Positions 36,629-49,959 of a DNA stretch of 58,042 nucleotides are shown piece by piece. The DNA is from Octopus bimaculoides. Lineage: Eukaryota. The first letter of the stretch is position 1; the number at the start of each line of letters is the position of its first letter. The translations under genes were made by a program, and so were the position numbers. The notes under the pieces are model-generated. The model ran no database searches. It was given only the letters and a program-made list of their open reading frames with translations, and was not told where the DNA came from. The stretch spans positions 167,806,746-167,864,787 of the forward strand of contig NC_068982.1 of NCBI RefSeq assembly GCF_001194135.2, in the 5' to 3' direction.

Positions 36629-36727
36629 TTACGTAGACAATATTTTCCGTAGGATATGAGCAATTCCCATGAACACTGTTTTTTGAATCTCTTCCATTTT
36701 GGGATTTTCTGGTATCTGAGTTAGGCA
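36629..36727 (-). mobile_element. Extreme 3' ORF fragment of an R4/Dong-type element
   Basis: CLTQIPENPKMEEIQKTVFMGIAHILRKILST* parallels IQKIALLGTAHILRKTLSIQ* of copy 3. Confidence 0.8.
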
Positions 36728-36768
36728 GTAATCAGCCCCTTTTACTATTATTATTATCATCATCATCA

Positions 36769-36825
<57 letters not shown>

Positions 36826-36826
<1 letters not shown>

Positions 36827-37033
36827 GGCAATTAGCTGGCAGAATTTTTACTCTGTTGGAAAAAAATCTTTACGATCTGAGTCCAAATGCATGGAAGTTG
36901 ACTTGCCTTTTATTCTCCCAGGTTCGTTAAAATAAGTACCAGTTGAACACTTGGGTCGATGTAATCGACCAGACCTCTCCAACAAAATTTCAGACTTCGT
37001 ATCTATGGTAGACAGAATTATTATTATTATTAT
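36826..37033 (+). mobile_element. SINE family A, decayed, between ATT tracts
   Basis: GGCAATTAGCTGGCAGAA head, AATAAGTACCAGTTGAACACTTGGGTCGATGTAATCGACC. Confidence 0.82.
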
Positions 37034-38089
37034 AGTTATGGATTGACAGAATCTGTGTTAACATTTACAAGACCTACAACAATCACATTGAAAAATGCCA
37101 GCAAAAAGTCGAATGAAGCGACTGGCTCAAGCACAGTAAATTAGAAAACAACAACAAGAATGATAAAGAAGATCATCAACAATGGAAACAAAGATGACAT
37201 CTAGAAATGGAGCTCATTTAAAAGGGCTAGTAACTTCTTAACTGAGCATTCGATTCAGATTTTAAAAATATTCATATAAAGAGAGTGACTCATTATATTA
37301 AATGTTTTGGAGGTGATAGTAAGTTTAGAAGTGCAGCTGAATCGATCATTGAGGAGCAGAAACAGAAGGAAGTGCATAATATAGGTCGTAGCTCTACTAT
37401 GATGACGATGTTTAACGGGTTACTAATTTGGATAAATGGATTTTAGTAGCAATGGTAGACGAGCATGTGGAAGTAATAGAGTCTCGGTCGTCTTTCCCTG
37501 ACAAATGACAGAACTATTAATCAAACCAAAAAACGTCTATCAATTTCCAGATAAGTTCTACATTAAGAGTACACACATTATAATAGTAGTAGTGGGTAGA
37601 AAGCCAAAGTACTTCAGTTACGATAACATTAACCATTTACAGCCTTTTGTCTTCTCATAAAAATAATAACTATAAAATATAACACCAAGGCGTGCATTGA
37701 CTGAAAATCGATTCTTTGCTGGCGACTTCGTTAGCACGTAAGGAAACCTCTACTGTATCGATGCCAGAATCTTTGAGACAATGTATCTCTGTGCTATATA
37801 CGCTGATATATATCGCCTTTAGAATATCTTGGAAAATATAACGTCTCTATGCTAGTGTTGCGTGTTTCACAAGATGTACATCTTTCCATATCACATAGCA
37901 ACTTCATGTTTAGGTGATGGGTTCTATTTATCATGGTGAACATTTCAATAGAAAGAACTTTGCTATTCAATTCTCGAAATCCCACTTTTATTTTAGTTAA
38001 TCACGTCACAGTGAAAATCCATTATCAGACTTTGAATAATCACATCGCTCGGTGTATTATAATGGAAACGAAAGTGAGATAAGATTACC

Positions 38090-38260
38090 CTCAGCACTCA
38101 ATGTCACAAATTCGCCAGATACAGTTGCACATGCTTGGAAGAGTTGGGTCAATACAATAGAAATGCATTTGAGACAGCTGCAATAAATGACAACAAAGAA
38201 AGGGCGATTCTATTTTAAAATTCATTTGAGAGGATGACGCGAATTCATAGCTTACTAACG
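38090..38260 (+). mobile_element. Possible decayed Gypsy-type gag fragment
   Basis: AHAWKSWVNTIEMHL plus frameshifted AINDNKERAILF resembles the WxxW...KxAxLL gag N-terminus; by eye only. Confidence 0.25.
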
Positions 38261-39377
38261 TCCTATGTAATTAGTAAAAATACTGAAGAGAGGAGCATGT
38301 TCCAGTGAAATTCGCGCCGAGTCAAATAGTCCTCAGTTATATTATCCGAGTAAAACAAAAAAATGCAAAAACAGCAACAATAGATCTATTCATTGAAAAG
38401 AAAAATCACACTGAAAATAAAATTGTTTCAAGTACCCAACACCACACTTTAAAAGTTGATTATTGGTACACATATAATTGTATAGCACGAAAGAAGCATG
38501 GGAGAAAGCAAATTTATTGATTATAATGAAGACAATACGGACTTGATTTGGCAGTTTCATTGTATCGGTATCTACATAAAAAAATATGTTTTGAGTAAGA
38601 TTTTAAATCTCGAATATGTCAAGAAAAATATCGACTATTTCGTGAGCACCTGCAAATCAGAGACCACATTTTCGCAGCTTTACTAACACTTTTAACCACG
38701 CCAGTATGGAAAACCATTGGAATACGTCATATGGGAAAACACTGCCTGTTAGTGACAATGAATTTATATTTCAGATTGAAGATGGCGATGAGCTAAAATA
38801 AGTTGATGGAAGAGTCACCTCATTCATTATTGATTATTCAGCAACAGGTAATATAGTTGATGAAACGACACTGAATAAGATCAAGGGAATAAACTCTGAA
38901 GCTCTTATTCGACCATTCAAATCCAGGAATATTTCCCTATAGGTCAGCTACGCCTTTAGCTTTACTAGGGGCTATTTATGTCACATTAAATATTGGCTCA
39001 ATTCACCGTATTCATAGGATATTTATTGCCAAATCTATGATGGTGACAGTTCAGTGGTTTATGAGGCATTTACTTCACTTTTATTAACTAAAATAAACTA
39101 CAGTAATACACTGTCAACAGAAAAATATGATTCAGTCACTAAACAATAGCCTGAAGTTTTGGTCAGTTAAAAGACTGTTAAAATTATTAATCATCGATGA
39201 TATATAATCAATAATACAATCTACAAGGTAAATACCATTTCGTATAACGAAATGAGAAGAAATCGTTTTGTGAAATTGCACATCATTGATAATATGATGG
39301 TTCCACTGCTAGGTTTAATCATATATTGCTGTATTAAAGAACAAGGGTTGCGTTCGTTTGCGCGTGTATACACGCAG

Positions 39378-39510
39378 AGCTGAGGTCAACTTTGATTTTC
39401 ATCTTTTCGGGGTCGATAGATTAAGTACTATTTTCGTACTGTGGTCGATTTAATCGACTGGCCCCCTCCCCCAAAATGTTGGGCCTTGTGCCTAGAGAAG
39501 GAAAGAATAT
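39378..39510 (+). mobile_element. SINE family A, 5'-truncated
   Basis: GAGGTCAACTTTG...CGGGGTCGATAGATTAAGTAC...GGTCGATTTAATCGACTGG...GGCCTTGTGCCTAG. Confidence 0.8.
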
Positions 39511-40679
39511 TATCTCAGTTTGACACCAGATGGGTAGCTTCTGTTAGTTGTTACAACCCCTACAGGATTAAGCGTCATATTGGTACAACATGACTCTAGG
39601 GAAGAATATCACCTTATTTTCAGTACATTTCTGGTATTGTTTGACAGAAAATGAAAGCCATGATACGAAAATGTTCATGCATATTCATATGGCAGACGAT
39701 ACAACGTCTTCAAATTATTTTCAACTGCTACGAATATTATTTAGCGAAAAGAGAAATGCTTCTCTAAGATTACTTTGCAGGTGACTTAGATTGCTATCTT
39801 ATTACCAACTACAGCAGGTGTATTGTGACATAAACAACAATATGTTAATAAATAAGACCATTGTCAGTGTTATGTCAGTATTGTAATCGCATTGCAATTC
39901 CTAAAGCCATAACCTTAATTAATCTGTTAAAGCAAAAGAACATTCAACTAGCAAAGTATTTAGAACTGGTAATGTTAAAGTGCAGCTGTTAGAAATTGTT
40001 TGTTTCGAAAGCAATATCATATCTTGCAGTCTGTACTAGACTCCACCAGGGTGTATAATATGCTCGAACCTATTTGATCAGTTGAAAGGGATCTGACCTT
40101 TCCTATAAGCATTTAAATTAACTTTCAGCAGTTAATCCTAAATTTAATGGAACAGTCGCTACCAATTATCTGTTTTCGTTTTCTAAGAAAGGGAAAAAAT
40201 TCATTTAAATGTTTGTGTTGCGTTTTACGAGCAACTTTCGGCACATCAACTTAGAGCTTTTTTCTAAATACATGCCATTCGCCTATTTAAGTTATTTCCC
40301 TTATCTCGTTTTGCTTTATAGTTTTGTAAGTTATATTAGTTTCAAATTTTGGCACAAAGCCAGTAATTTCGAGGGAAGGAGTAATGTTGTCCTTTGTCTG
40401 AAAACAAGAATTAAACCTTCTTTAACAAGGAAATCAACGTTTAAAAATTATTTCTTTGACAGCTGCTAACATTTGTCGCTTGTTAGTACATTTAACATCA
40501 GCTACAACATTAACTAATTTTTATCTCCTTGATCGAGTTAGTACCGTTGAATGATGGGAGCATTAACATTTTGCACTACGACATTTTGGGAAACTTGGAT
40601 ATAAGTTTCATAAAATAACTCATAATTTCTTTAATTCTAGTTGAGGCCAACAGTCTACTTGAATGAACCAAGTTTTTCG

Positions 40680-41900
40680 CCAAAATTAGATTGGTAAAAT
40701 CAATTTACCTGTTCCAGAAGAGGCATCAGGGCCAGATGTTACTAATTGTTTGATCATTGTATAAGAAATTTGTTTCTGGAATCAAGTGAAATTCATTTTC
40801 GTTGACGTACTGTTCTAGTTGTTGAATGTCATAAAGTTTACATTAAAGAATTCTCAACTGAGAGTTGCAGATGCAGGATATACTGAAGCTGTTAGTCCAC
40901 ACTGTTCTAGAATACGTGGTAGTATTTTGAATGAAGGTACATGTTTGGTTGTACACGATAAAGGTTAACTCATGATGTGGGTATTTTGAATCATGTGCTT
41001 GATAGAATATGTCTTTGTGTTCCTGTCTTGGTGATTACGCCACAGTTGCTAAGAACTGAATGATGCGTTTGTATTTCACATAGTGTATTATTTAAGATGC
41101 TGATCTAGTTTCAGATTCTTGACAGATTTTCTACTTCGGTTATAACGTTTTTAAGAAGTAAATTTTTACTTTATTATTATTTCGTTTCCTTTTGGTCATT
41201 CCCCTTTTCCAATTTCAGTAAGTAAAGATAGGTGTTTCTTTGCTTTTTTCTCAATTTCATGTTTAGGTTTCCTTTGCCGTTTTTTTTTTCGGGTGGAAAT
41301 TGGCTGTGGATATGACTCTGTAACGTTTAAGTAGATTTTATCACGACACTAACACTGCTACTGAATATATCAGAACATTCTGTCTCTCTTTGTTCGGGGC
41401 AATTTGCTACTGCAAAAAGCATTTGTTGCAAGATCATATTACATTTATTATTTTTGTATAACTCTTTGTTTCTAACTTGGATAGGTGGTTGTTGGTATTT
41501 GCTCATTCATTTGTTATAATGTGTTATTGACTTATTTATCATTAGGTGTGAGGTGGAGAATATGCTATTGTTGTGGCTGTGTATATTGTTGATTGTATAT
41601 ATTCGAATCTACAAATTTGGTCCCTGTTTTGAATTTTAGTTAATTTTATTCTCTATATGTGTCTTTAATTTGCCGAACTTAGGATATTAACATTGCTACT
41701 GAACAGATTGTGATCAAATTGTTTTTGTGGAAGGGCTTTTTTGAAGGGACGTGTATTAATATTTCTTGCAGATGTTGTCTGTTAGCTGTTGGAAAGTCCA
41801 TAGTCGTGAAGTTCATGTTGTGAAACCAGTCTATGAACAAATACGCAACAGCAATGTTCACTCTATCTTCATTTCGTATATTTTGTTCCTAGAAAGATTC
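40680..41900 (-). mobile_element. Old LINE relic (APE endonuclease to RT start; I/Jockey-like)
   Basis: Weak motifs on the minus strand: YTINNIH, PTTYPS, YDLATN, ISYTMIKQL; many stops. Confidence 0.3.
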
Positions 41901-44332
41901 TATGTGACCTTATTTTTTTAAAGACAGTAAGATGTGATGTGAAGAATATCTGTCTATTTTTCTATTAATAGCTTGGGCAGGTGTTCCTGTTGATTCATAG
42001 TTATTGATTTTATTATAGTCAATTCAGATTGTGTTGTAGCTTCTGATAGATTTTCATTATTGTTGATTAAGTGTAATTAATCTTTGTGATATATATCTTA
42101 TTTAACTTCATTGTTTTCTGTGGACTCCAAATATAGTTTTATTATGGTTGAGTATTTGTTTAATTAATTTTGTGTTTTTTACATGGTACTTTTCATTGTT
42201 TGTTTGCTTTTTATTTTCCTCTGCTGAGCTGTTATTTTTATATTCTTCTGCAGCATGGCCGTTTCTTTAGTATTATTGTTTTATTTTATAGATATTTATT
42301 TGTTTTGTGTGTAGTGGATACTGTTTTGATATTTTCATTCTTTCGCGGAAGTTTTTCTTTTCTTGTCTCTGCTTCATTGTTTTTCTGTAGCTTCTATGGT
42401 ATTCTTAGCACGAATTGTTCTAATTCCGTTTCTAGACTCTATTTACAGATTCCGAAAAGACTGGAGGACTTTTTAGAAAAACAAGGGAACATTTCCAAAA
42501 GACGAGGCAACATCTTGGGAAACTGAAACGACAGCCTGAAAATTTGGAAGACAGCAAAATCAATATAAAAGGTCCATTTATAAAGAAATACCATCAGGAT
42601 TTCTTACAGCGTCCACAAACCGGCCATTTGATAATGATTTATGAAATGATATATAGCCTGTAGCAAGAATTTGTTGTAAAGTTTTATGGAACACAAAGCC
42701 AATGAAGATGCATCACACAAAAAATAGTGTGGTACAACAGTACAAGAGACGAAAAAAGGCCAGTAAAGTGATTAGCAAGAATCAAACTCGGTTAAAATCC
42801 CACAATATACAGGAACTTGGTTGGTTGGGTTCTTGATGTCTGCTACAGAGAGCGAAGCGATTTAATTCGTTATTTTAAGAACCGCGGTTGTAGATCTCTG
42901 GAACAAGTTTTTGTTAGAGTGGCCCAATGCAAAATTCATGAAAGCTTGGAAATCTCTAGATAACGATGTCTGAGTGATTCTGAAGAACAACTTGGAAGAT
43001 ATGTACATTTACTCCAATCATTCACGAAGTGTGTCGATTTAGGCTTAGCGAAGCAACACAATACACAAAGAAGAAAAAAAAAAAAAGAAAAACAGCACCA
43101 AATGAAAAAATTGCTTAAGATATAAAATTTTCATCGGAAAGGGTACACCAGGAAAAAAGCAGAAAAAAGAAGAAAAATGAAAGAAATTTCGTGTAATGCT
43201 GGTTCGTGAATAGTTGTATCAACAAAACAAAGCGGACATCTTGAGGGTATTTATAAAGGAACTTCAGAATCGTCTTCAATGTGTTTATTCGGACTTCATG
43301 ACGTGTTCCTACTCTCGTCACTGATGAGCTGCTTGCAACTAAATCTCAATTTTAGTTCGAGATTTCGGTCTACACCAAAGAAATCAGTTGTTCATGGTGA
43401 ATGGAAGATATTAAAAAACAGTGCTTCAAGCAACACCAGTATATCCTATAAACTATCCGTCCATAGAGCGTCGGTTCAGTTTATTGTAATGAGTGTGGAG
43501 TGATGAAACCGTAATACAGGACTGATATTTGAAAGAGGGTCTGCAGATACCTAAGAAGGCAAGTGTATTATCGATTGATCATCTTATATCTATAACTCTT
43601 CGTTGGGTTTAGGGTAAGGAGTTTTATAGAATCTTGGCAACAACGATTACATGGTCCCTTGTAAAGAATGAACTCAGAAATACCCTAAAAAGCTTTCTTG
43701 ATTACTAAGTGGCCTTGAGCATGTTCAGTTGATTTGGGTCCAAAATAGGTTCCCTGATTCGACTGGGCAAATGTTTATGCATAAGTTTCCCAAGCGCTGA
43801 AATATTAAGAATTAGCTGTTAATGGAATTCAGGGAGGTGTGAGGGATCTTATGACTCGGCGCTTTCGTTCAGTATTAATGTAGTTTCCAAGAAGATCTTC
43901 ACGGTTAATGGGTAGTCACTGGAAATAGACATCATGATAGAGTGCACTATTTTCCTACTCTTTTCGCAATGGTTAAGGAGTTGATATTGGAATGTACAAA
44001 AATCTGCTTGGAAAGAGTGAAGATCCGAAAACATTTTAGTTTTGTCACCACCGCGTGCTTTTATGGATGACAGTATGCCAAAGTGGAGTCAAGAAAAGAA
44101 GTAAACATTTTCCGGCGAGGTTGGGGGTGTTGTTCCGCTATGTCGGCTGCACAGAAAACTAGAAGTTAATCGCCAGATCGCAGACCAAGGAATTACGCTT
44201 TGAAATCGAAAAGGAAAGGTTTCCAACGATCAGAGAGCAGGCAATTAAGATCATTGACAGATTAGTGCAGTAACTTTAAATGATATCAAAAAGGTACTAA
44301 GATTGAAACATTTAAGTTGTGATGTTACCAAC

Positions 44333-44542
44333 CATGGTCTTTTGCCGAGACACATGGTCTTTTGCCGAGACACATGGTCTTTTGCCGAGACACATGGTCT
44401 TTTGCCGAGACACATGGTCTTTTGCCGAGACACATGGTCTTTTGCCGAGACACATGGTCTTTTGCCGAGACACATGGTCTTTTGCCGAGACACATGGTCT
44501 TTTGCCGAGACACATGGTCTTTTGCCGAGACACATGGTCTTT
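44333..44542. repeat. 20-bp minisatellite, 10.5 perfect copies (CATGGTCTTTTGCCGAGACA)
   Basis: All units identical; source of the repetitive ORFs at 44251-44705. Confidence 0.99.
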
Positions 44543-44544
44543 CA

Positions 44545-44800
44545 ACATGTATGGCAAACTTCACGAAAGCTGAAGTGTATAATACAACAATACTCCAGAT
44601 GTCCATAAAAGTAGCTGGTAGCGGCTTCAAAGTAGTGAAAATACGCTCTGTTGCATGGACCAACTTGTTCGTTGAACCCAACAAAGTGTGATGATAAGAA
44701 GGCAATAAGGTGTCAAAAAGGCTGCAGAGTTGGCAGAGCCCATCCTAAAAATGAAAGAGAGGACAAGCACAGTGAAGACCATGTGCACTGGACAAAGATT
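44545..44800 (+). mobile_element. Possible decayed RTE-type LINE 3' region
   Basis: KAEVYNTTIL and LAEPILKMKERTSTVKTM loosely match RTE C-terminal motifs (KxxVYxxxVL; WxGHVxRM). Confidence 0.3.
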
Positions 44801-44929
44801 TGCGCACAAAACATATATTCGAACGGAATAACAAAGGGAGGCGGGATGCGAATATTGGACAAAGACATACAAAGGGTTGTATGGGTGATTGAAGAAAGGA
44901 AATGATCGAGGAACACGCGAAGTAAAATA

Positions 44930-45810
44930 TTCGAATTTCTGTCCACAACCGTACCGGGATTGAACATAATGCTTCGATGATAAATTCTATGACTTTTTGC
45001 TCTTGGGCATTTTCTCTTTCTTGATATTTCAACTTTTAAGTCAACTTATATTAAAATCTCTTCTACTTCTCTGCAATATTTTAGTTTGAAGCGCTTATAA
45101 CGTCCATTATGATGCATTGTCTTTTTCAAAGTCATGTATAATGATATACAGCCTACGGTAATCTTTTATTTTGACTGGATTTGGAAGTCAATTACGATCT
45201 TTTGGTTTACCAAATTCATTTAGAATCATTATTAAAATCTCAGAGAATGGAGACAGTTTTACCTTTAACCAATGGCTCAGGTTGGTATTCATATTTGTTA
45301 CGAGGAGTGTCGATTTTGTATTGCTTAGATATTTTCCAATAAAATACTACCCTATCGTGGCAATTATTCATATTCGTTTGGTGTTAGCACAGGAGAACCC
45401 AAGACGTGGTGGTCTATTGTTTCATCAAATGTGTTGCAGAATCTGCATTTTGAGTCAGCACTGTTTTTAAGAACATTAGCCTCGTTATTTCTGGTAAACA
45501 AGCTGGTATGAAGCCTTCATTCTCTGCTTTCAACCCGGAACTCCTCAGCCATTGATGCGTTGTTGCTTCATCTACATCGGCATTTTGACTCCGAAGAATA
45601 ATGTCCATGCTGTAGCTTCTGGGTCCACCGCTCGTCAATTTGTTTCTGCCTGTTTCTTTTAGTAGTCTACTGGATTCGTTTTGCTTGCTTTCTTGCTAAC
45701 AGTGGTTTTAGAATTAACGTCAAGTTCTCTTGCGAATTTACAAACTTCATTGAAAAGAGAATGCGACATTTTGCTGCTTTCACACTCGCACAGAAGCCAC
45801 ACCATCCAGT
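44930..45810 (-). mobile_element. R4/Dong-type element, same lineage as copy 1, decayed
   Basis: NADVDEATTHQWLRSSGLKAENEGFI; nucleotide similarity to 3990-4060 and 4340-4470; KVIEFIIEALCSIP near the end. Confidence 0.8.
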
Positions 45811-45814
45811 CCTC

Positions 45815-45945
45815 TGTGGAGATTGCCTTACGTCCTTTGGGAGTTGATAAAATAAGTACCAGTCACGTACTGGTGCCGATGCAATCGGATAAATCTTCCC
45901 ACCTAAAACTGAGAACCTTGTGTAAAAATTTGAAACAATTATCAT
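45815..45945 (+). mobile_element. SINE family A, 3' half
   Basis: GATAAAATAAGTACCAGT...ACTGGTGCCGATGCAATCGG...CCTTGTGTAAAAATTTGAAAC. Confidence 0.8.
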
Positions 45946-46179
45946 TTAGAGAATAGTTTTCATATTTTTACTACATGTTGATATTGCACAAGCGTAGGTG
46001 TTTTGTGAATTTGTTAGGTATACATTATTATAAAAAATTATTTTATTGTATTGAACATAAGCACTACTATGTAAGTGTGCAGTGTACGTGTGATCGTCAT
46101 ATGTCCTGTACGCTATTTTTGTGTCATTCCTGTGTTCGGTATTATAGTCCGAAACGGTTTTATCGTTTCCAAGGCACCT

Positions 46180-46362
46180 AGTGTGCTGGAGCACCGCCTT
46201 TAGTCGAACAAATCGACCACAGGACTTATTCTTTGTAAGTCTAGTATGTATTCTATCAGTCTCTTTTGCCGAACCGCTAAGTTACGGGTACGTTAACACG
46301 CTAACATCAGTTGTTAAGCGATAGTGGGGGGGGGACAAACACACACACACACACACACGCAC

Positions 46363-46413
<51 letters not shown>

Positions 46414-46555
46414 CACACACATGCGACAGGCTTCTTTCAGTTTCTGTCTACCAAATCCACTCACAAGACTTTGGTCGGCCCGAAGCTATAGTAGAAGACA
46501 CTTCCCCGAGGTGCCACGCAGTGGGACTGAACCCGCAACCATGTAGTTGGTAAGC
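46180..46555 (-). mobile_element. SINE family C with internal (CA)n
   Basis: GCCGAACCGCTAAGTTACGG...(CA)n...GTCTACCAAATCCACTCACAAG...GTGCCACGCAGTGGGACTGAACCCG. Confidence 0.92.
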
Positions 46556-47098
46556 TTTCTGTTTTCATTTCACAAGCCCTGATTACTTTTGCTTAGAAAT
46601 CTTCATATTTGGAGAACATCTTCATTTCCTTTACACACACACACATACATACACACTCGCACACACACACACACGCGCGCGCTCGCACACACACTCAAAC
46701 TCACACATATATACTGATATGTAAAAGTAAGATCCAAGGAACCAGGTGTAGGGAGTTAGTAAGCTTCGAGCGGTCTGTAAAAGGTATAAAAAACAACTTT
46801 CAGGAACAAAAGTGATTTATTGAAGTAGACGGCTGTAAATGTTTCCCATATCGAAGTTCGATCAAGTGAAAGAAGTTATTTCATAGTTCACGGATAACAA
46901 CTAGTGTTGCTATGAATGCGAATAAAAAATTACTCGTTGAATAATTACTACTTCCGACATTCTGCTAGCTAGGAAACATATGTAACCTGGATTTTACCTG
47001 CTCCATTCCCTAATTTTGTATATATATATAATTAACTGATCCCCCTGTAAATCTTTTAACCAAAACTAGGAACTTTTCAGCACTCCTTCATGGATATA

Positions 47099-47301
47099 TG
47101 AAAAGTTCCTAGTTTTGGTTAAAAAATATACAGGAAGATCAGTTAATTATGACTATTCAAGGAATTCCCCTCTCAGATTCACACACTTATTGCAGCGGTC
47201 CTTCTGATTTTCTAAGCCTTGTAAAAGAACTCGGAAGGTTTGACCTCCAGCCAGGCTTTTTGCGATATCTTTAAAGCTAGAAACACTTCAGCACCCCTTC
47301 G
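47099..47301 (-). mobile_element. Second copy of the about 220-bp mariner 3'-end MITE
   Basis: TTCCCCTCTCAGATTCACACACTTATTGCAGC...GTAAAAGAACTCGGAAGGTT shared with 24417-24637; ends CAGCACCCCTTCG followed by TA. Confidence 0.85.
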
Positions 47302-47979
47302 TATATATATGGCTGTCGAATAGCATATCCTACATCGTTGAGGAGACGTCTAGTTTAGTTTTCTTAATTGAGCTTGCCAATAATTTCTTGTCAGTTTACT
47401 GTAAACCTGTTGTATGAAGTTGTATATAGGGGACTCTGGTTACTTTATCGTTTACTGAAACCTTTCTGTGGGTACGTTTATTTCATTTCTTTTCTGTCCA
47501 TACCTAATACTGTTATATACAGGATATGGGACCTCTAACTTTGTGATATATGGATAGAAACCAGATATCCAGAAACAATGATTTTACGTTGCTCCTTCAA
47601 AGCTTTCAAATATACTGAGTTACTTCCAGCCTTCTGCACCCTTTATTTATTTATTTATTCATTTATTTACTTATTTGTTTGTTTGTTCGTTTGTTTGTTT
47701 ATCTATTAATTTATTTGGAATCTTCTGGCAGCTTTAAGTGGCTTTGCTGGGATTTGTCTTTACAGACACACACCTCACTTTTGTCAGGTATGGTTAAGTT
47801 AAGAACATTTCTGAGCGAAACGCTTTATAACCTAAGTTTTCGGTTTGAATTATTATTGTTTTAATAGTGTCTATTGTTGTTCCTCCATCTTTCTGACATC
47901 TATTCTGTGTGACATCTCAGTCTTTGTTTTATGTTTGTTGTCCTCGTTGAAGACAGAAAAACGGTTTTACACGCACGCA

Positions 47980-47980
<1 letters not shown>

Positions 47981-48075
<95 letters not shown>

Positions 48076-48092
48076 ACACACACACACACACA
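47981..48092. repeat. Long (CA)n microsatellite
   Basis: Direct read; other CA/GT tracts at about 28675-28740 and 32851-32910. Confidence 0.97.
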
Positions 48093-49620
48093 TGTTATAG
48101 CTATGTGTATACATTTCTCTTTATTCTTCACTAGAAACTTTTGTACTTTTACAGTAGATATACTTTTGAACAATTTTCTAGTTGCCCAACACCCGTTAAT
48201 ATAATCGCGTTAATATAATCTTCTGTATAAGCTTTTGTGCAGTGTGTTCCTAAATGCAGACTTTAACTTTTTTGTTTTCCTGTCTAGTCTTGCTAATTCG
48301 CTTATCTGCCAATTTTAACAATAATATAACTATAACATACGACTGTAGCTGTAATATTCCTTGCTACGAGTTTCTTTCATTTATTTACGTTGTTTTGTTC
48401 ATTAATTCCTCGGTATTTGTTAGTCTGTGTTCCATCCAATTCCGTTTTATTTTGTTTCTCTATTTGACATATGAATAGTGCTTATGAGTTTTCTTCTCTT
48501 TTCTTCAAATTTTTCTCTCTTCTTCAAATCCTTCTCTTTTCTTCAAATCAGCACATTTTTTTCTACTGAAAATTCTATATCAATTCCTCCACAGAATTTG
48601 TGAGCACTATGTAACATTTTCCTGTCATATGCTTTCTACAGCCTACACATTAAGGTAATCCATATAAAAAGGTAGTTGATTGTCCTTCCTTACATATTTG
48701 TCCGCCCCCATTCTAGATTGGCATCTAGGTTTAAAGGCGTTCACTCCAAGAAGAAAAGGAAACGACGTGATGGAACCCATTGGAATATGTTCCTTCTTAT
48801 AGATTTGGTATCTGTTTCATTAATTTTCTCTTTTATTTGTATTTACAGGAATATTAGCTATTTATCTGCAATATAATAAATATCGACGAGGAACACTTAA
48901 ATATATTCTAGAAGTCAAATAGTACTGTACTCAGGTCCTTCGTTCTAATTCTTATTGTCATCAGTGGCAAACTAATACTCAATAATTGATCTTAGCGACT
49001 AAATTAGCCTTTGCAACATTTCTTTTAATCTTCTGGAAGTGAGTTGTTTGTAATCATATAGCAGCAGAAGAAGTAGTAACTATACAAGCAGTGACACAAT
49101 AGTAGCAAGAATAACAGCGGAATGAAAATGTTAGTAGGTGATCGAGAATTACGTAATACGCAATAAGGCTTGTAAATAAATTAATTCTACATAAGAATGG
49201 ATTTTAAACTTCCTAGCTTTTTTGTAAAAGATATTTTCCTGAAGCATTTTCAGTTTAAAATATCTCATTAAGCTCTAAACAACGAAGAATCACGATTTTG
49301 AAACAGTTGGCAATTTTATTTTGTAATTTGGGTAAAATTGGCAATTAGAGAACTGCAGTCTTTTCCCCAACTAAAAACGTTAACAGTGATGCGATCATTT
49401 CTACAACAAACGTCTTCACAGGTCAAACTAAAATAACCACTCACATACAATGCCCATTCTAATATATCCACTGCCGCCATATTATCTATGAACACCACTA
49501 CAGTAAGTGATTACAACAAACACCACAATCCTTACCAGGATTATTATTGATTAAAATTAGTACAACTGAAAATGTCCATTACACGCACACACACAAACAA
49601 AAGCACACGTACGCGCATGT

Positions 49621-49655
<35 letters not shown>

Positions 49656-49904
49656 NNNNNNNNNNNNNNNNNNNNNNNNNNNNNNNNNNNNNNNNNNNNN
49701 NNNNNNNNNNNNNNNNNNNNNNNNNNNNNNNNNNNNNNNNNNNNNNNNNNNNNNNNNNNNNNNNNNNNNNNNNNNNNNNNNNNNNNNNNNNNNNNNNNNN
49801 NNNNNNNNNNNNNNNNNNNNNNNNNNNNNNNNNNNNNNNNNNNNNNNNNNNNNNNNNNNNNNNNNNNNNNNNNNNNNNNNNNNNNNNNNNNNNNNNNNNN
49901 NNNN
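49656..49904. other. Assembly gap between (CA)n and (TA)n
   Basis: N run. Confidence 1.
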
Positions 49905-49959
49905 TATATATATATATATATATGGGTGTATGAATATGTGCATAGTGTATGTATTGTGG

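Noticed and set aside
43318-43390. CTGATGAG (plus) and CTGAT...GAAAT (minus) partial hammerhead cores
   Set aside because: Each lacks half of the catalytic core and a convincing stem I.
44251-44705. Repetitive-peptide ORFs and a CRISPR-like look
   Set aside because: Produced by the 20-bp tandem repeat; the units are contiguous with no spacers and there are no cas genes. The same applies to 5075-5283 and 15351-15462.
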